Shown in pieces: positions 14,053-64,000 of a stretch of DNA of 64,000 nt; within the stretch, counting starts at the first letter, position 1, and each line of letters starts with the position of its first letter. The stretch is from positions 5,954,001 to 6,018,000 of the forward strand of contig NC_087250.1 in the NCBI RefSeq assembly GCF_037042905.1, read 5' to 3'. The position numbers and the translations under genes were made by a program. The notes beneath the pieces were generated by a model. The model was not told the origin of the DNA, made no database searches, and saw only the letters and a program-made list of their open reading frames with translations. This DNA comes from Lytechinus pictus. Taxonomy: Eukaryota.

Positions 14053-14565
14053 GGGCCCCGTCTTACAAAGAGATGCGATTGATCCGATCAACCAAAACTA
14101 TGAATGACCATTTTTCAAATACGATGTATATTCATAGATAAATTGTTCTCTTGAAGATTGGCTTTTTGGGGAGTGGGTTTATATATAGGTATGCTGACCC
14201 ATACTTTGTGAAAAGAATTGGTAATATGTGTAACAGAGAAATCTCTGCGGGAAAGCAAACTTGGTGTACTAGCAAGAAATTCCTCAGGGCCCCATCTAAC
14301 AAAGAATTATGATTGACCCGAACGACCACAAATATTGATGACCGACAATGTCAACATATATAAAAATACATTGCTTGTTTGAAATATTTGTCAAATATGA
14401 TGTATATTCATAGATTAATTGTTCTCTTGAAGATTCAGGGGTGATTCCCTTTGTTCACTAAAGAGATTGTGCAGATTTCATGTAGGAAAAAATTATGGTA
14501 TGGATGGATTTCCATACAGTTGAGATTGGTCGGATCAATCGTATCTCTTTGACATACGGGGCCCA
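14053..14565. mobile_element. GGCC-ended MITE family; related copies at about 32258-32525, 49828-50095 and 55800-56060
   Basis: Shared ggccccgtcttacaaagag...gattgatc...ctatgga inverted ends. Confidence 0.6.
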
Positions 14566-14736
14566 GGTGTGCACATGTATGCTCTCATCCGGTGATCTTT
14601 GACCTTGGACAAGGCACCGATGGAGCTCCGCAAGGAAAAGTTCAAGCACCTCGCTGCATCTTCTCTTTTACTCGATCCTCTATGCTGACTGATTCTTTGT
14701 GATCATCAGTGGACACACTAATTCTCAGAATCGCTA

Positions 14737-58963
<44,227 letters not shown>

Positions 58964-59454
58964 CTTTGAAAAAAAAAATTAAAGATACAATGAAACATCA
59001 TCAGAGTGTCTGGTAAATGGTCACTAACGTTTTATGCTACAGAGGCCAGGGGAGTGTTTCATTAATATTTTCATCCGACATGTTGTCAGAACTTTTCTTG
59101 ATTTTGATTGGCTGAGAAGCACTGTCACTGTGATAACTGTCGGATAAAACGTCCGACATGGTCTTTCATAAAACGCTCACCTGGTGGGTTTTTCGTAAAA
59201 AATTGTGAATGACTTTATGCATGACTTGTGACCCTTTCTTGTGCTTACTGATATAACCCAAGTAGGGGCAGCGGAATGGTTTGAAACTGGGGGTGGGGGT
59301 GCTATGTCAAAAGTTGTGGTAAAACCAGATGGTAACTTTCACTATTTTGTACAAAGTTTATTTTTAAGTGGGGGAGGGGGAGGGATAAAGCCCAACTAGC
59401 CTCCACCCCCACCCCCAGTTGCGCGGGCCACTGCCTATGTACATAGCTGACTTG

Positions 59455-59565
59455 AGACTGGAACCTCAAAAAAACAAAAAGTTCTCTCCTTCTACCCCAG
59501 TCTCGATGGCCGATCGAGACTGGGGTAGAAGGAGAGAACTTTTCTGTTTTTTGAGGTTCCAGTCT
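59455..59565. repeat. Near-perfect 111-bp hairpin
   Basis: 53-bp arms around a ggccg loop. Confidence 0.92.
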
Positions 59566-60898
59566 GTGCCTCGATGTCAGGATTCTACCACTCGATAGAC
59601 TAGACCTTCATCCATTATATTATAATCGTGGTAAGTGCATAATTTCTGTTTTCACAATTTATCTTGCTAGATATTTTGACCATAATCTACCCTTGTCCCG
59701 TGAGTATGGGTAAATACACGGTGAGCTCCTGGGTTAAAATGAATACTGACTAAAATTAAAACTGAGCTGTGTCAAAAAACCAATCATTAGGGTGTCTGGA
59801 GAAAAATATTATTTTTCTTATTTCAAGAAAATATCACATTTTCTTTGTGAATTTGAAGAGAAATGACCTTCAGCCTGACAGAAATGTAACATTTTTGAAA
59901 AAAATCTGATTATTGGCTACAAAAAAGAAGAATGAAATTAGGTCAATTTTCAGCATTTCTCTGCCATAGACTCGGTGGTCACCCTCCTGGGCTTCAACCC
60001 TGCAATGACCAAGCAAATGCAATCTATAATTAGAGCATCGGTGGTAGCATTTGTCTCATCCACCAGCGCTAACATCTAGCCAAACTAGCCAACAAAACAA
60101 TTACCTAGCAGTTTTTCTACCTTTGAGTTCTCAACACTAAGTGTCTACCGAGGAGACTACTAGGGCGTGAAACAGGCCCAAAACGAACAACAACAACAAC
60201 AACAAATGCCATAGACTGTGTAGTTAAGAAATGGACACACACAAATCCAAATTTTTAGCTTCCGAGAGCTGTTATAAATTTATTATTAATGCCAAAAACT
60301 TGTCCATAAAGAGTCCAATAGGATTTTTTATGCTCTTTCTGATGGTATGATTTTTATAAAGATTTGGAAACCAGATCACATTGAAAAATTGCGACAAAGT
60401 GAAAAAATTGTGCAAAACAGAAATTTCATTTTCCCATAGAAAACGCATGGGGAAATGGCAATCTCAACACACACAAAAATAAATAAGGGTTTGCAATTTA
60501 TTTCAAAATCCGTAATTCAAATGATCATATAAACTTGTCCTTCCTGTCAAAAGAAGCCCCTGAATTTTCTCTTTCCATACATGCCAAACACAAGTTAATC
60601 ATCAATTCAGATCACATGCCCACGTTTTTCTAGTAGCCTGAACTTCCCGAAAAAAATGTGCCACATTTTCCCCTAAATCAGCCTGTCTTATGCTGACACT
60701 TTTCAGTGTGGCATCAGACACCCTACAAACACTCTAGGCGACACCCCAATACTTACCCGTGCTAATAAACTGGGACTCCACTCACGTGCATTTGGGCCGC
60801 CCTAGCTTAGAACTAAGCAATATTATCGAGAAATTGTTACATTGTAGTCATGAAATATGTTCTATTAAATAAATTGATAATGTTTAATCGGTACTCAC

Positions 60899-60985
60899 TG
60901 GTTCTTTTGTTGCATTTTCAGACCATTTCTCACAATTCTTCGTAAATATCTGCGGCAAATTTTGTCGCCATAGACAGCTTAACAT
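60899..60985 (-). CDS. POLR3B: Candidate POLR3B first coding exon (MLSCLWRQNLPQIFTKNCEKWSENATKEP)
   Basis: Open from an ATG at 60985 to a CCA|GTGAGT donor in phase 0, matching the phase-0 acceptor of the next exon. The peptide is not recognisably conserved. Confidence 0.3.
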
Positions 60986-62796
60986 CCATCTTTATTGATA
61001 AATGGAGCGCCCTTTACGATAGTTGTTAATGCCGCGGAGAAATCGTTAGGCATTTTGGCCTGTGTTCAAGGCGTAGCTGTTCTATTTTTTTTTTATAGGT
61101 ATGAGATCGAAATCACAGCGAGTATTTACACTCTTCCATAATGATTCCGAAAGGGAGGCGCAACACCCCCCACCCACAGGGGCGCAAATTCCAGGGGAAC
61201 ATGTCCCCCTCACCTAGAATAGTAGGGGGACACATTATGAAATGTCATCCCCCTACTATTTTGGGTCTTATCATTCAAAATCGAAATAAAATATGTATTT
61301 TGGAAGAGACAATCTTACTTTTGGGGTGCCCTTTTTTTTTGCTTGTTTGCTTATCAAATTTCTTTTGGTCAAGATGACCTTCTTTTTGGGGTGATAAACC
61401 TTCTTTTTTGTTTTTGTTTGTTTGTTTTTTTCTTGTCAAATTTTCCAGCCCCTGGTCCCGGCTACCTTTAGGGAGAGATTTCCGCCCTTGCCTAACAGTA
61501 CACTTGATATTGTTTGCGAATCTGCGTGGGCGTCGGGGGCTGGGGGATGAGGAAAAGCGGTGAGACGAGAAAAAAAAATAGAAGGAAAAAGAGGACAGAA
61601 AAAAAGTGAACGAAAGAAAAATTAATGGAAAATAAAAGGGAGGAGAAAATAGTGAGAAAAGTGATGGGTAGGTCGAGATTTTATGTGTCCGTGCAAAAAG
61701 AAATGAGCAGAGGTTGAGATGTTGTCTGTTTGGGCAAATGTCTGTCTGTTTGTTGGACTGGCGCCTGTTGCAAAAATTATTAAGCTGATGGAATCAGAAA
61801 GTTCCAACTGCTTCATGTCATACCGACAGTGACAGGATTAGGCGGTTGTATATATAAATCACGCTCTAAAACTGTGTTCTTTATTAAAAAGTTGTCCTTC
61901 ATATTCATTTTCGCAAAAGAATATCAAGTTTTCAATTAATTGTCTATAGTTATCCTGTTTATGATAAAAATACTTAGAAATTGGGTTAGGTTAGGGTTAT
62001 CAAATTATCGGGGCAGAAAATATATTTTTTCAGTTCGCGCGTCGAGCTGGCATTAGTGATCAGTGAGATTATGTTTTTAATGACATTCATTCTATTCACA
62101 GCAATATATTATTAAACATAGCCGCATGAATTATAGATAGGTCTATAGTTATCAGGTGAATAATTTACCGCTACACACTGATCATGTGGATACTGTTTTG
62201 TAAAGGGGAATTTCACCTTGATAAAAAGATTGTGAAAATATAGGCCAAATAAAAATAATTTCAAAACATCGGTGAAGGTGTTATTAAAAAAAAATGGAGT
62301 TAGTAGAATTTCGAATGCTTGATTTGTGACGTCATAAACGAGCAGTTGCTCAATATTCTATGTAATACAAAATGCAAAAATTTCCCATTTTTAATGGTCC
62401 GTAATGACCCACTTTTTTCTTTTTGGAGAGAGTATGAAGTTATCTATTGATATACTGAATGTACAATAAAAGTCATTATCACGTATTTCTTGACATTTCA
62501 TTTACTTTTTACCATAATTATATCCGATATAGCTGCTCGCAAAGGCCTACGCCGTCACAAATAATTATTTAAAAAATCTCACCTTTAATTTTTTTTTGGT
62601 GGGGGATGGATTTTTCCTGAACGCATACCAATTTTTCAAATTATTTTTTCTGCTATTTTCATAATTAACTTTAAATAAATTCACCTATGCACTACTTAAT
62701 TTTTTCAAAGACAAAATAACAAAATTACATCTAGTCTTCATCATCACCATCATCACCAACTTCATTCTCATCATCATCACCACTACCACCATCATT

Positions 62797-62830
<34 letters not shown>

Positions 62831-64000
62831 CCGCCACCATCACCAACCCATCATCATCACCAAGATAATTTTCATCATCATCATCTTTCTTTTTTTTTCT
62901 TTTTTTTTCCCCTTCCCTTCTTCTTTTTTTCCTTCCTATTTTCCTCCCTTTTTAGAGGGGCACACCACCAAATAAATATGTTTGTTGTTGTTGTATATAA
63001 GTTGGCGGATGCCTCATGAAATGAAATAAAAGAGAAAATAAGGAAATGGAAAAAGTAAGAAGAAGGATAAGAAGAAAAAAAGAAAGCCAAACAAACAAGA
63101 CAAAATAATATCAAAATTTTGTAATAAAGTCAGTCAGTTTAATAATTATGTTTTCAATGAAATGAGACATAAAAGAATTGAAACAAGTAAAAAGGGCTAC
63201 ATCATAGTTAAAAGAAATAGAGGGAAGCTCCGAGACAATAAAAAGTGTAAAAAAAATCAGAAAAGACTTTGAAACACTCTGAACACGAGTATAATATAAA
63301 AAAAATTGGGAATAAGCGAGGACAAGTAGGTGAGGGACCCCCCCCCCCCCCTCTCTAGTTATTTACTCAAACTCGCATATACAAGAGAAGAAATTCTTAC
63401 TAATCAAAATATTGCGAGCAAAAAGCATGAGCTGACATTTTTTTTAATATTCAAAACTGATAGAGAGACACATTTTGAACAATTCATGAAACATAATAAT
63501 CATTCATTATAGTTACCAATCGGATTGTGACAAGATCTGAGAATTAGAAATTCATTAAAAGCATAAAATTGTATAACATTAAAATAAGACGGGCGCAACG
63601 CATGAGCTAAAGCTTTATATACCAATTAAAAATTTGGACATTTTTAGCGCTTTCGGTAGTCATGAAAAAGATTCATATTTCATGAAAGCTCAAATCCCGA
63701 GGAGGAATATTTTTTATTAATTGACTTAAAAAAGGCTGTTCTAATTAAGCCCCATTTAATATTTGATTACAAGTCTCGTTAAACAGTAAAAGAGGAAAAA
63801 ATAAAGCATATTGTGTTCCTCAATTCTCTTTCTCTTTAACCCTATTTTTTTTTTATTTTTTATTTTTTTTTTTTTGGGGGGGGGAGGTATTTTGGTTTAA
63901 AAAAAAGAGAAAAAACGATAATTGCTGGCTAGTGGGTGTATAGTGGTAGGGACACCCCGCCCCCCCCCCCCCCCGTAGTTACGCAAACATGGGACCAAAT

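Overview
AT-rich, intron-rich animal genomic DNA; the repeat content suggests an echinoderm such as a sea urchin (inference only). The window is dominated by POLR3B (RPC2, second-largest subunit of RNA polymerase III) on the minus strand. I assembled 26 GT-AG coding exons by hand from 58963 to the stop at 14737; they join in frame to give 1112 aa. The first coding exon is uncertain, with a candidate at 60899-60985. A short convergent MZT1 (MOZART1) gene lies on the plus strand (exons 5830-5975 and 6981-7001; first exon not located). Introns and intergenic DNA are packed with non-autonomous transposons whose TIRs and TSDs can be read directly: hAT/P-like, Tc1/mariner, Kolobok-like, Harbinger-like, Academ-like, a 4.3-kb IS3EU-like foldback element, and two Helentron-type HINEs carrying tandem arrays. 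There are also LINE remnants, tRNA-derived SINEs and long (CAT)n/(CTA)n microsatellites. The most unusual pattern is that pieces of POLR3B's own exons and splice sites have been locally re-duplicated at several exons. This creates arrays of decoy splice sites and one frame-preserving duplicate exon enriched in synonymous differences. I see no evidence of a prokaryote-type system, and most short ORFs in the track are microsatellite or repeat artefacts.
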